In this document: positions 37,538-46,708 of the stretch, in pieces | Numbering within the stretch: the stretch's first letter is position 1 | How the letters are laid out: every line of letters begins with the position of its first letter | DNA from: Bacteroidota bacterium | Lineage (GTDB): Bacteria > Bacteroidota > Bacteroidia > Flavobacteriales_D > Sanyastnellaceae | Length of the DNA: 64,000 nt | Direction: 5' to 3' | Assembly (NCBI GenBank): GCA_041163465.1 | Contig: JBEARC010000091.1 | Span: 8,364 to 72,363 of the forward strand | Program-made: the position numbers and the translations under genes | The notes under the pieces: model-generated | Told to the model about the DNA's origin: nothing | The model's input: only the letters and a program-made list of their open reading frames with translations | Database searches by the model: none

Positions 37538-39240
37538 AGGTAATCACCGTTGGACCTCAAGGCATGCTCCCACCATCCTCCGCGAACCATCCAAGTGACG
37601 TTCCAGGCTTCTTGGACATCTTCGGTTTGGACGAGATCCTCTCCTCTCCACAGCGCATGACCCACGGCCAATCGATGGAGGTTTTGGCTGAGTCGTGGTG
37701 AAACGTGATGTGTGTTTCGCAAGTGCTCCATCAACGCGAGACCATCTTCAGAGGTGGCCAAACCGATGTCAGGTCCTCCATGCTTGTGGATTTTTTGAAC
37801 CCATGCATGGCACGCTTCCCAAGACTTGTTGCATGGATCACGTTGTCCACCCACCTCCAATTGGATGGGAAATCGCTCGAGCAGCGGTGCCGATAGCTTG
37901 CGGCGAAAACGATCCACGTCGTGGGCGGGGCAAACACATTGCTCCGATGCCATACCGCATGCACATGGGTTGGTGGCGGCCACAATCCAAGGATCAGATT
38001 GCCACCGATGCGCGCCATCGGCGCGATGCAGGTGAAGGACCTTCGCTTCCATCACATGCCGAAGGGCTTCACGAGCCGGTCTTGGCCACTCCGTGAATTC
38101 GTCCAAAAAAAGCATGCCCCTGTGGGCGAGTGCCCAGGCCCCGGGAATGGGGAGTCCTTTTCGCCATGCCCCCATCAACCCGGCAGCTCCTCCCGCCGGG
38201 TGAGGAGCCACCATGGGTGCCCTATGAAAACTCGATGGACCGTGTGGGTCGGGGTCGGCGAATGGCTGGGCAAATGGCTGGGCGGAGGCGAGTTGTTGGC
38301 GCTGCCGAACGAGCAGTTGGTCCTTCGGCTCAAGGGGAGGAAGCAAGGCGTGTGCGGCGTGTGCCAGAGAAGTCTTGCCTACGCCTGGTGGCCCCACAAG
38401 CATGCACGGGATGTGAAGCGCAGCACCAATCGCCAGCCAACGTTTGGCGTGGCCTTCACCATGCAGGAGATCCCAGCCAAGGGGCTGGTTGCCCGCATTG
38501 TTTGGGGTCTTGGATGGTTCCGAGGTTGTTGTCGGACCGACCTTGTTCTTGGGGGACACGGTTGGTGAATGCCACGTTGGATCGGCTTGTTGTCGAAGCT
38601 GCCATTCGATGTGTTTGATTTCCTGCAAGGCGTCAGGGAGCGTATGGCAAGAATGTAGACGTCGAAACCTGGAATCAATTTCGGATGGGACCGATGCAAG
38701 GAGGGATCCCATGTCCCGAGGCACGGGGGTAAGGATGGATCGGAGAGCTGGCGGACCCAGGACTTCTTCCGCATGCAAGGATTGAGGGGATTCGGCGGTT
38801 GATTCTGGGCTACCGGCCTCCGGCCAGATTGCCTCGGCACCGTCCAACCAAGCAGTGTTGGACAACCAAGGAGCCAACCCATGATGGCTACCGGCCCAAC
38901 TCACCTCGCCATTGAGTCCAATCATGCCCACGGAGCCACATTGAGCGATTGTTTTGGCGTCGAGTTGTCCCAAAACGGCCAAGACGCACAAGGCGAGGGG
39001 CAAATCCAGTTCCGTGGTCTCCCCACGAGGTGAGGGATGCACGTGCAAGGTTAGGGCCTTGCCAGGCCACCGAAGCCCCATGGTTTTCAGGGCGGCACGA
39101 ATTCGCGCATGGGAAGCCTGGGCTTCGGAAAAGGCCATGCCTGACACCCGCATCAATGCGCCCTGTTCGGCCTGAACCTCAATTTTCACCCATTGGATGA
39201 CGGGCCCCATCGAGATGAGACCCCACGTTGTGACGTACAT
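37534..39240 (-). CDS. YifB/ComM family Mg-chelatase-like AAA+ ATPase (divergent, with insertions).
   Basis: 568 aa with an N-terminal Lon-protease-like ChlI domain. Walker A is GPPGVGKTS, Walker B is MLFLDEF, and the Cys cluster is NPCACG...CVC. The stop overlaps the gamma-CA start by 4 nt. Confidence 0.8.
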   Translation of the reverse strand: MYVTTWGLISMGPVIQWVKIEVQAEQGALMRVSGMAFSEAQASHARIRAALKTMGLRWPGKALTLHVHPSPRGETTELDLPLALCVLAVLGQLDAKTIAQCGSVGMIGLNGEVSWAGSHHGLAPWLSNTAWLDGAEAIWPEAGSPESTAESPQSLHAEEVLGPPALRSILTPVPRDMGSLLASVPSEIDSRFRRLHSCHTLPDALQEIKHIEWQLRQQADPTWHSPTVSPKNKVGPTTTSEPSKTPNNAGNQPLGWDLLHGEGHAKRWLAIGAALHIPCMLVGPPGVGKTSLAHAAHALLPPLEPKDQLLVRQRQQLASAQPFAQPFADPDPHGPSSFHRAPMVAPHPAGGAAGLMGAWRKGLPIPGAWALAHRGMLFLDEFTEWPRPAREALRHVMEAKVLHLHRADGAHRWQSDPWIVAATNPCACGMASEQCVCPAHDVDRFRRKLSAPLLERFPIQLEVGGQRDPCNKSWEACHAWVQKIHKHGGPDIGLATSEDGLALMEHLRNTHHVSPRLSQNLHRLAVGHALWRGEDLVQTEDVQEAWNVTWMVRGGWWEHALRSNGDYL

Positions 39241-39250
39241 GAAATCGAGG

Positions 39251-39859
39251 TCAGGTCAATGCCTGTTCGACAGCGTCAATCCATGCGTGGATGCACCGGA
39301 TGTGGACTTCTTGGATTCGGTCGGCAAATCCCTGCCATGGCACACAAACGTCAACGTCAGCGCGACGCGAAAGTTGCCCACCCCCATTGCCGGTCAGCGA
39401 CAGGACGCGCATGCCGCGTCGCTTGGCCTCTTCCGCGGCTTTTAAGATGTTTGGGGAGTTTCCACTGGTACTGATGGCCAGCAACAAATCGCCAGGTTGG
39501 CCAAGCGCGGCCGTTTGTCTGGCGAACACCTGCTCGAATCCATAGTCGTTGGCAATGCACGTCAGGGCGGATGAGTCCGACAAGGACATGGCAGCAAACG
39601 GCCGCCTGTCGCCCCTGTACCGACCACTGAGTTCCTCGGCAAAATGCATGGCGTCACACATGGATCCTCCATTGCCACACGAAAGAACCTTTCCCCCCAA
39701 TTGCAAGGTGTCGACAATCAATTCAGCCCCCGCATCCATGGCTGACAAAAACGACTCGTTGTCGAGCAAGTCGTGCGCGAGCTGTGCACTTTCCTCAAAA
39801 TGTCCTCGGATGCGCGTCATGGTTTCAAAGATGATGTTCATGCCCCAAACCTCCATCAT
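39251..39859 (-). CDS. gmhA: D-sedoheptulose 7-phosphate isomerase (SIS domain).
   Basis: The stretch GGKVLSCGNGGSMCDAMHFAEELSGRYR...ISTSGNS...ADRIQEVHI closely matches E. coli GmhA as I remember it. Confidence 0.8.
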   Translation of the reverse strand: MMEVWGMNIIFETMTRIRGHFEESAQLAHDLLDNESFLSAMDAGAELIVDTLQLGGKVLSCGNGGSMCDAMHFAEELSGRYRGDRRPFAAMSLSDSSALTCIANDYGFEQVFARQTAALGQPGDLLLAISTSGNSPNILKAAEEAKRRGMRVLSLTGNGGGQLSRRADVDVCVPWQGFADRIQEVHIRCIHAWIDAVEQALT

Positions 39860-39903
39860 TCCCTAAGACAATCTGCGCCGAGTTTGTCATCGAGGGTTGA
39901 AAA

Positions 39904-41976
39904 TCAAGGGTTGAATTCTGCCAAGCCATCCTTGAGGAAATCCACGAACAGGTCTGGGTCGGGATCATACCCAGCGCTTCCCCCAATGTGGTTGCCGTTG
40001 TGATCAATCATCACATAGAAGGGTTGTGCATTTCGGTTGAAGCGAGAGGCTTGGAGGTAGGACCATTTGTTCCCGACAGAACGAATTCGAAAGTCCTTGC
40101 CACCATATTGCTCCACGCGATGTTCCGATTCTGGCAGGGGCTTGCGGTCGTCCACATAGAGAGAAACCAAAACCACCTGTTCGTTGAGGATTTGGGCCAC
40201 CTCTGGACTGGACCAAACTTGCTCCTCCATCTTGCGACAATTTACACAGGCCCAACCTGTGAAGTCCAGCAACATGGGTTTTCCTTCAGCCTTGGCCGCA
40301 GCCAACCCTTCGTCGTAGTCATCAAATCGCGCTTCCACATGACCTCCATGAGATCCGCCTTCGGCTCCTGACGCTCCGTGCTGCCATTCGCTGTAAAACG
40401 TGGGGGGTGGGAATCCACTGATCAAATTCACAGGAGCACCCCACATCCCAGGCATCATGTACACACCGAGCATCATGAAACCGAGTCCTAGTGAAAAACG
40501 GAACACCCCAATGCGGTCCAATTTGCTGTCATGAGGGAGCGTGTACCAACCGAAGAGGTAAAAGGCGATGGCCAAACTGACCGTGACCCAAATCGCAATG
40601 AACAATTCGCGTTGCAGGAGTCCCAATTGCAGCACCAAATCGGCATTGCTCAAAAACTTGAATGCAAACCCGATTTCCAACAAACCCAAAACCACTTTCA
40701 CGCTGTTGAGCCATCCTCCGCTCGAAGGCATGCTGTTGAGCCATCCAGGGAAGGCAGAAAACAAACCAAAGGGCAGGGCCAACGCAGATGAAAACCCGAG
40801 CATCACCGCCGTCGGTGCCGCAAAGGAACCCGTCGCAGCTCCTGCCAAGGCCGACCCCACCAAGGGACCGGTGCACGAGAACGACACGATGGCCAGGGTG
40901 GCTGCCATGAAGAAAATGCCCACGATGCCGCCACGGTCTGACGCGGCGTCCGCGCGGTTGGCCCAACTGGATGGCAATTGGATTTCAAAGGCTCCCAAGA
41001 AACTGGCACCAAAGACCACCAAGAGCAGAAACAAGAACAGGTTGAAGAAGGGGTCCGTGCTGATGACGTTCAACACATCCACCCCAAACACAGCCGTCAA
41101 CGCCAAGCCCAAGGCCGTGTAAATAAAAATGATGAAGAACCCGTAAATCAGGGCGTTTCGGATGCCTTCAGCCCGCGTTTTGGACTGCTTGGTGAAAAAG
41201 GACACCGTCATGGGAATCATGGGAAAAACGCATGGCGTGAACAAGGCGGCGAGTCCAAGTCCAAATCCCAACAAGAATGTCCACAACAAGCCTTCCTCTC
41301 CTTCTGATTCACGATCCTCCCCTGAATTTTCTCCTTGGCTGTGGTCCGAGGATCCATCGCTGAACAGACCTTCGTGGCTGTGATTTTCTTCGGAGGAGTC
41401 ACCTTCTTCAACCTGTCCATGCGAGCATAGATGTTGGGGAGGAGGACAATAGTCAGGACGCTCAGAGGCGGGTTGGATGTCGGTCACAGCCACCGAAAAA
41501 TCCACGTCCTCCGGGGGCAAACACATCTTGTCGTCGCACACCATGAAGGTCAAGAACCCCTTGAGCGAGTCTCCAGGTGTGGGTGACCCGAAGGTCAAGG
41601 CTTGGCGCCAGTACACTTCCTCCTCAAAGTATTTGAGGTTCATCATGAAGTTGGGGTCGTAGGCCTCGAGCGGCAAACATTCCCTCACCGGACCTTGTGT
41701 TGCGACACCCGGGGGCAAATCCAAGGTGAAAGAGGTGGGCACAGGGCCATCGAATGGATCGTTGTCCTGGCTGTAGACATGCCAGCAAGGGTCCACAGAG
41801 GCATGAAACACCAGGTCAAATGTTCCGGGTTCCTCACCTTCAAACAGACCAAAGGACCACTGCACAGGGTCTTCGATTTGGCCCCAAGCGTTGAAACCAA
41901 ACATAAGCCAACCGAAGGAAAGGAGCAGGGCCCACGGGGCGGACGAAGTGACGGGCGACGGGAGGACCTTGGTCAT
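39904..41976 (-). CDS. DsbD-family thiol:disulfide interchange protein (N-terminal domain, CcdA-like TM core, C-terminal thioredoxin).
   Basis: The ATG at 41976 gives MTKVLPSPVTSSAPWALLLSFGWLMFGFNAWGQ. TM cysteines are FTPCVFPMIP and FSCTGPLVG. The thioredoxin motif is WACVNC. An acidic/His linker reads EEGDSSEENHSHEG...SEGEEG. The track ORF's extension overlaps the next gene. Confidence 0.85.
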   Translation of the reverse strand: MTKVLPSPVTSSAPWALLLSFGWLMFGFNAWGQIEDPVQWSFGLFEGEEPGTFDLVFHASVDPCWHVYSQDNDPFDGPVPTSFTLDLPPGVATQGPVRECLPLEAYDPNFMMNLKYFEEEVYWRQALTFGSPTPGDSLKGFLTFMVCDDKMCLPPEDVDFSVAVTDIQPASERPDYCPPPQHLCSHGQVEEGDSSEENHSHEGLFSDGSSDHSQGENSGEDRESEGEEGLLWTFLLGFGLGLAALFTPCVFPMIPMTVSFFTKQSKTRAEGIRNALIYGFFIIFIYTALGLALTAVFGVDVLNVISTDPFFNLFLFLLLVVFGASFLGAFEIQLPSSWANRADAASDRGGIVGIFFMAATLAIVSFSCTGPLVGSALAGAATGSFAAPTAVMLGFSSALALPFGLFSAFPGWLNSMPSSGGWLNSVKVVLGLLEIGFAFKFLSNADLVLQLGLLQRELFIAIWVTVSLAIAFYLFGWYTLPHDSKLDRIGVFRFSLGLGFMMLGVYMMPGMWGAPVNLISGFPPPTFYSEWQHGASGAEGGSHGGHVEARFDDYDEGLAAAKAEGKPMLLDFTGWACVNCRKMEEQVWSSPEVAQILNEQVVLVSLYVDDRKPLPESEHRVEQYGGKDFRIRSVGNKWSYLQASRFNRNAQPFYVMIDHNGNHIGGSAGYDPDPDLFVDFLKDGLAEFNP

Positions 41977-42053
41977 CGTGATGCAATTTTCTGTGTTGGC
42001 CGTAAAGATACCCCGCGAAAAGGCATCCTGAGGTGCCCTGAGTTGCCAATCCA

Positions 42054-42773
42054 TCACAAGGCAATCTCCTGAGCTGGCTTCAACCCAAATTGTTTTCTCA
42101 TCACACCCACCCCGAGATAGACGAGGGGTGTGTCTAGCGCGGCCACACAGGCTTTGAACAGCACGCCATTCAGAAGAAGGGCACCAAACCGGTCCCACCC
42201 AATTTCTCCGACGGCGCAGAGCAGCACAAGGACCGTGAGGGTGTCGATGATTTGGGAAGGGATGGTTGATAGGTTGTTTCTCAGCCAGAGGTGCCGTCCG
42301 TGGGTCAGACGCTTCCAACGGTGGAACAACTGGACATCCAAGGATTGTGCAAGCAAATAGGCGGCCATGGAAGCACCCACAGCCAAGGCAGTTTGGCCAA
42401 ACACATGGTCAAACTCCCCGTCGTTCACCGGTGACCACGACGTGGCCGAAGCATGACCAGCCAAGGCGATGATGCCGAGTGTCAGCACGGAGGCCACCAG
42501 TCCAGCCACCACCACCTGGTTGGCCTTGTTCTTCCCATAAATCTCACTGATCAAGTCCGTCACGAGAAAGGTGATGGGATACGGGAGCAATCCCACACTT
42601 TGTTCAAACGTAATTCCCCCCAAGTCCCAGACAAAGAACTTTCGGAAGATCAGGTTGCAAGTCACCAAACTTGCCACGAACATGCCAGCCAAGCCCAAAA
42701 ACAACCCCAAGGCACGGTCTCTTTCACGTCCTTCGAGTTGACGAGGGGGGGGGAGGATGGAATGGGCTTTCAT
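42054..42773 (-). CDS. Queuosine precursor transporter (YhhQ/VUT family).
   Basis: The ATG at 42773 starts the gene. It is a polytopic protein carrying PYPITFLVTDLISEIYGKNKA. The start overlaps the tilS stop by 4 nt. Confidence 0.8.
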   Translation of the reverse strand: MKAHSILPPPRQLEGRERDRALGLFLGLAGMFVASLVTCNLIFRKFFVWDLGGITFEQSVGLLPYPITFLVTDLISEIYGKNKANQVVVAGLVASVLTLGIIALAGHASATSWSPVNDGEFDHVFGQTALAVGASMAAYLLAQSLDVQLFHRWKRLTHGRHLWLRNNLSTIPSQIIDTLTVLVLLCAVGEIGWDRFGALLLNGVLFKACVAALDTPLVYLGVGVMRKQFGLKPAQEIAL

Positions 42774-44269
42774 GGGCGGGGGATGAAGGAAAACAACCAA
42801 CCGACAGGGTCCAAAAGTTCGACGGGAGAACCAAGGTCGGGTGGGGACAAGCGAGCCTCTTCAGAAATTTTGCAGCCGGGCACCCAAAGAATGCGGTCGT
42901 CACTCATCCGCACAAGGACCTTCATGAAAGGGCGACGTGCGTGGGGAATTTTGGCCTGGGTCAACACATCACTCACGGCGCTGTGTCCTGTCATGCCTAG
43001 GGGTTGGATGCGGTCTCCGGGACGCCAGGTCCTCCAAACCACAGGCAAAAACGTCTCCGGAATCCAAAGATGGTGATGCGTTGAAACCGGGGGATGTATT
43101 CCAGCGGCTGCATTTCCATCCCGCATCAGGCCACCTGCCTTCGAATGCCCTTTTGACTCCTTCCAATCCGCTTGCAAAGCTTGAGCCCAAACCAACGTTC
43201 CTGAACCATCCTTCACCTCACCTTGGGCAGAATCGAGGTCCACCACAGTGCTTGCTCGTTCTGGGTTTTGACATTCATGCACATCCAGATGATTCCGTTC
43301 TCGCACGACTTCCAACCACACAGGGGGACAACATTCACCGCGCGACGAGTTGTTGTCAGCAATCCATCCCTTCCCCTGCACCCGCCGGCCTGGTTGGCTG
43401 TGAATCAATCCAAGGGCCTCCTCGCCGAGTGCCCGCGACCAACCGCACGCAATGAGGTGCCTCAGGAAGGATTCCCTCGCCCAAACATTGTGTTGCAACA
43501 CATTTACATCCCAGGAATGATGCGTCGTTTGGGCGAGTTGTTGGCCTTCTTCCATCAAAGGTTGAAGGGCGTGTCGGAGGTTGTTGCCGCGCGTGGCCAG
43601 AAGGTTCAATTGGTGTTTGGCTCCTGGGTTCATGTCCTCGAGCAAGGGAATCAAGTCATGACGCAGCCGGTTTCTCAAGTACGCCCGGCTGGCGTTGCTC
43701 CCATCTTCCCGCCACGCCCAACCTTCGTGCGTGGCCAGGGCCTCCAGCTCACTCCGCCAGTGCGTCAACAGAGGACGCCCCACCTGTCCCATCCATGCAT
43801 CCATCCCGTGGATGGCCAAGGGATCTGCACTTCGCAGGAGATGAATGAGAAGCGTTTCTACCTGGTCGTCGGCGTGATGTCCCGTCAACACGGCCCCTGC
43901 GTGATGCGTGTTTCGGACCTCTTCGAGCCAGGCATAGCGCTTTTTTCGGGCCTCCCCCTGAAGGCCCTGGGCACCTTCGAAATGACTGGAATCCAATTTC
44001 AGCACCTCGAAAGTCGCCCCCCGTTGATTTGACCAGGCACGCACCCACGCCTCATCAGCCTCGCTCTCCTCGCTGCGCAAACCATGGTTGACATGGGCAA
44101 CCACCATCGGCCACTTCAGTCTGTCGAGCAGGTGAAGAAGGCACATCGAGTCGCACCCTCCACTGGCGGCGACGACGACCCGGTCTGTCCGATTCAACCC
44201 TGCTTCGGTCATGAACTGTTCGACGCTTCGAGCGGCAGAGGCGGCATCCAAAGGCCGATGGGTCGTCAT
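42770..44269 (-). CDS. tilS: tRNA(Ile)-lysidine synthetase TilS.
   Basis: The ATG at 44269 overlaps the pabB stop as ATGA. The PP-loop is VVVAASGGCDSMCLL. The product is about 499 aa. Confidence 0.9.
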   Translation of the reverse strand: MTTHRPLDAASAARSVEQFMTEAGLNRTDRVVVAASGGCDSMCLLHLLDRLKWPMVVAHVNHGLRSEESEADEAWVRAWSNQRGATFEVLKLDSSHFEGAQGLQGEARKKRYAWLEEVRNTHHAGAVLTGHHADDQVETLLIHLLRSADPLAIHGMDAWMGQVGRPLLTHWRSELEALATHEGWAWREDGSNASRAYLRNRLRHDLIPLLEDMNPGAKHQLNLLATRGNNLRHALQPLMEEGQQLAQTTHHSWDVNVLQHNVWARESFLRHLIACGWSRALGEEALGLIHSQPGRRVQGKGWIADNNSSRGECCPPVWLEVVRERNHLDVHECQNPERASTVVDLDSAQGEVKDGSGTLVWAQALQADWKESKGHSKAGGLMRDGNAAAGIHPPVSTHHHLWIPETFLPVVWRTWRPGDRIQPLGMTGHSAVSDVLTQAKIPHARRPFMKVLVRMSDDRILWVPGCKISEEARLSPPDLGSPVELLDPVGWLFSFIPRP

Positions 44270-45576
44270 GGCCTCAAACTGGTTCGCAGGGCGTGCGCTT
44301 TGAGCAGGCATTCCTCGTATTCCTGATCCCCCTCGGACAACAAGGTGATGGCGCCTCCAACTGTGGCGTGAACTTCGCGGGTCGACGCGTCGTGAAGAAG
44401 GGTTCGTATGACCACATTGAAGTCCAAATCTCCTTCAGGATCGACATATCCCATGGCACCACTGTACACCCCTCGACCGTGTTCTTCGAGGGAGGCAATG
44501 TGTTTCACGGCACTGATTTTGGGTGCGCCCGTCATGGATCCCATCGGGAACAGCGCCTCCATCATGGCGTGCTCGCTGGTATGGGGTTGGAGCGTACACC
44601 GGATGGTACTGATCATTTGATGAACCGTCGCAAAACTGTGAATGCCAAACAACTCTTCCACCTCCACACTGCGCGGCTCCGCAATTTGACTCAGGTCGTT
44701 CCGCACCAAATCCACGATCATCACATTTTCGGCGCGTTCTTTTTCGCTGACCAGCAGTCCCTGCTTCAAAGCCAAGTCTTCTTCGGGGTTGTTTCCACGC
44801 TTGACGGTTCCTTTGATCGGTTGGCTTCGGACGATCTGCCCCTTTTTGGACACAAAACGCTCAGGACTTGCACTCAACATCCGGTGATTTCCGGCCTGGA
44901 AATACGCGCTGTGTGGGGCCCGCGTGGCTTGAGCCAAACGCTCAAAGGCCCTCCAACTCTCTGGACCGGGCATGGCGCCCTTCCAGGGCATGCAGAGATT
45001 CATTTCGTACAAATCCCCGCGCTTCAAAGCCCGGTGAACTTTGTTGAATTTCTCGAGATAATGTTCTTTGGTCCACAAAGGCGTCAGCGGTTGCCATTCA
45101 TCGGCATGGAACGACCTTGGGGCGGGCGCGTGTTCGTCATTCTCGCGCTCGGATGACGTGTGGGAGGTGCCCGAGAGCAGGGATTCCAACGCGAGGGCCA
45201 GTGCTCCTGTCGTAGCGGCTTTGGGATGAATTTCTCCCACCTCCCAAACCAGCACGGCTTCGGGTTCGATCCAATGCAAGAGGGGCCAATGGCTTGGATG
45301 GGGCGGTGAAGCTTGCACATGGCCCTTGAACCCCTCCAAAGCGGAATACAAATCGTACCCTAGCCATCCCACGCTCCAGGCCTTGCGACGCTGTCCTTGC
45401 TCTATGAATGCCTGCCAGGCGTCCCAACATCCCTCTCTGCCCATGTCCACTTGAAGGGACCGTTTGGCACCGACAGCCAACACGGCGCGACCTTCAAGAC
45501 GTTCATCCCACAGCAAGGCAACGTGCTCGTGGCTGTCGATCACGGGCTGAAGGTTGGGCAAGGAGCGCACGTTCAT
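44266..45576 (-). CDS. pabB: Aminodeoxychorismate synthase component I (chorismate-binding enzyme).
   Basis: 436 aa with the C-terminal chorismate-binding signature FPMGSMTGAPK...GVYSGAMGY. Confidence 0.8.
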   Translation of the reverse strand: MNVRSLPNLQPVIDSHEHVALLWDERLEGRAVLAVGAKRSLQVDMGREGCWDAWQAFIEQGQRRKAWSVGWLGYDLYSALEGFKGHVQASPPHPSHWPLLHWIEPEAVLVWEVGEIHPKAATTGALALALESLLSGTSHTSSERENDEHAPAPRSFHADEWQPLTPLWTKEHYLEKFNKVHRALKRGDLYEMNLCMPWKGAMPGPESWRAFERLAQATRAPHSAYFQAGNHRMLSASPERFVSKKGQIVRSQPIKGTVKRGNNPEEDLALKQGLLVSEKERAENVMIVDLVRNDLSQIAEPRSVEVEELFGIHSFATVHQMISTIRCTLQPHTSEHAMMEALFPMGSMTGAPKISAVKHIASLEEHGRGVYSGAMGYVDPEGDLDFNVVIRTLLHDASTREVHATVGGAITLLSEGDQEYEECLLKAHALRTSLRP

Positions 45577-45585
45577 GCGCGGAAG

Positions 45586-46686
45586 TTAGGCGTTGGCTTC
45601 GGCGGAGACAACCGACTCGCTGTGCGAGCGGGCGGGTGCACCCATCCGCTGGCGCACGAGGTCCTCAAGCCCCTCCACCCAAGCGGGGTGAGCGTTCAAG
45701 CTCGGCACGAGCTCGACTTTCTCGCCGCCGTGCTCCTCGAACACCTCTTGGTATTCTTCGCCGATCTCAATCAGCGTTTCGAGGCAGTCGGCCACAAACG
45801 CCGGACTGAATACGAGGAGTTTTTTGTCGCCCGCCTCGCCCCGCTCGACAATCACGTCGTCGCTGAAGGGCCGCAGCCATTTGCTGTCCAAGCGGCTCTG
45901 GAAGCACACCGTGTAGCGATCCTCCGCCAGTCCCAGGCGGTCGGCGAGAGCCCGGCTCGTCGCGTAGCACGTCGCCTTGTAGCACTGCCGGTTCTCGTCG
46001 TTGATCTCGTCCTCACAGCTGTGGTTGGCGCACTTTTGGTCTTCGTAGATTTTGTCCACCTGCCTCTCCGGAAGCCCGTGGTAGCTGAACAAAATGTGGT
46101 CGTAGGAGGCCAAATCAAAGGCCGCCGCCTGCTCCACAAACCCCTTCAGGTACCCCTCAAAATCCCAGTACTGGCTCACCGCCACCACCTCGGGGATCAC
46201 GTACCACTTGCTCAGAATCTTGAACGCCTTCTCGAGGGTCGAACCCGTCGTGGCTGAGGCGTATTGGGCGTACAAAGGAAGGATGCAAATGCGGTCGTAT
46301 CGGGCCCTTTCCATGCGGGCCATCACGTGGTCCATGGAGGGGTTTTGGTAGCGCATGGCAAGTTCCACCACGACTTCTCCGCCAAACGCTTCGCGCGCTT
46401 CAGTCGTACTCAGCCGTGCCTGCAAGTCCCGTTGCAACGCTTCTCCATAGAGCAACAACGGTGAACCCTCGTCGGTCCACACCTTCTTGTATTCCCGCGC
46501 GCTGCGGAACCTGCGGATGGGCGCGATGATTCCGTTCACGAGGATTTTTCGTGGCAACCACGGGATGTCAATCACCCGCCCGTCTCCCAAGAATTCGCGC
46601 AAGTAACGACCCACCGCACCAGCCGTCGGGGCATCGGGCGTGCCCAAATTCACAAGCAGAATGCAGGTTTTCAATGGCTGGCTCAT
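45586..46686 (-). CDS. hemH: Ferrochelatase.
   Basis: The ATG at 46686 gives MSQPLKTCILLVNLGTPDAPT.... The motif FSYHGLPE is present. Confidence 0.9.
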   Translation of the reverse strand: MSQPLKTCILLVNLGTPDAPTAGAVGRYLREFLGDGRVIDIPWLPRKILVNGIIAPIRRFRSAREYKKVWTDEGSPLLLYGEALQRDLQARLSTTEAREAFGGEVVVELAMRYQNPSMDHVMARMERARYDRICILPLYAQYASATTGSTLEKAFKILSKWYVIPEVVAVSQYWDFEGYLKGFVEQAAAFDLASYDHILFSYHGLPERQVDKIYEDQKCANHSCEDEINDENRQCYKATCYATSRALADRLGLAEDRYTVCFQSRLDSKWLRPFSDDVIVERGEAGDKKLLVFSPAFVADCLETLIEIGEEYQEVFEEHGGEKVELVPSLNAHPAWVEGLEDLVRQRMGAPARSHSESVVSAEANA

Positions 46687-46708
46687 GGATTCACAACAAC
46701 CGAGCGGC

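Noticed and set aside
41977-42318. Upstream extension of the DsbD-like ORF. Similar extensions exist for the AlbA_2 (5237..5599), SPOR (10779..10979), T9SS cargo (26040..26180), trhO (26021..26416) and lpdA/hemH ORFs.
   Set aside because: The extensions run into neighbouring genes or promoters. They lack signal-peptide logic and are replaced by internal ATGs that give canonical N-termini.
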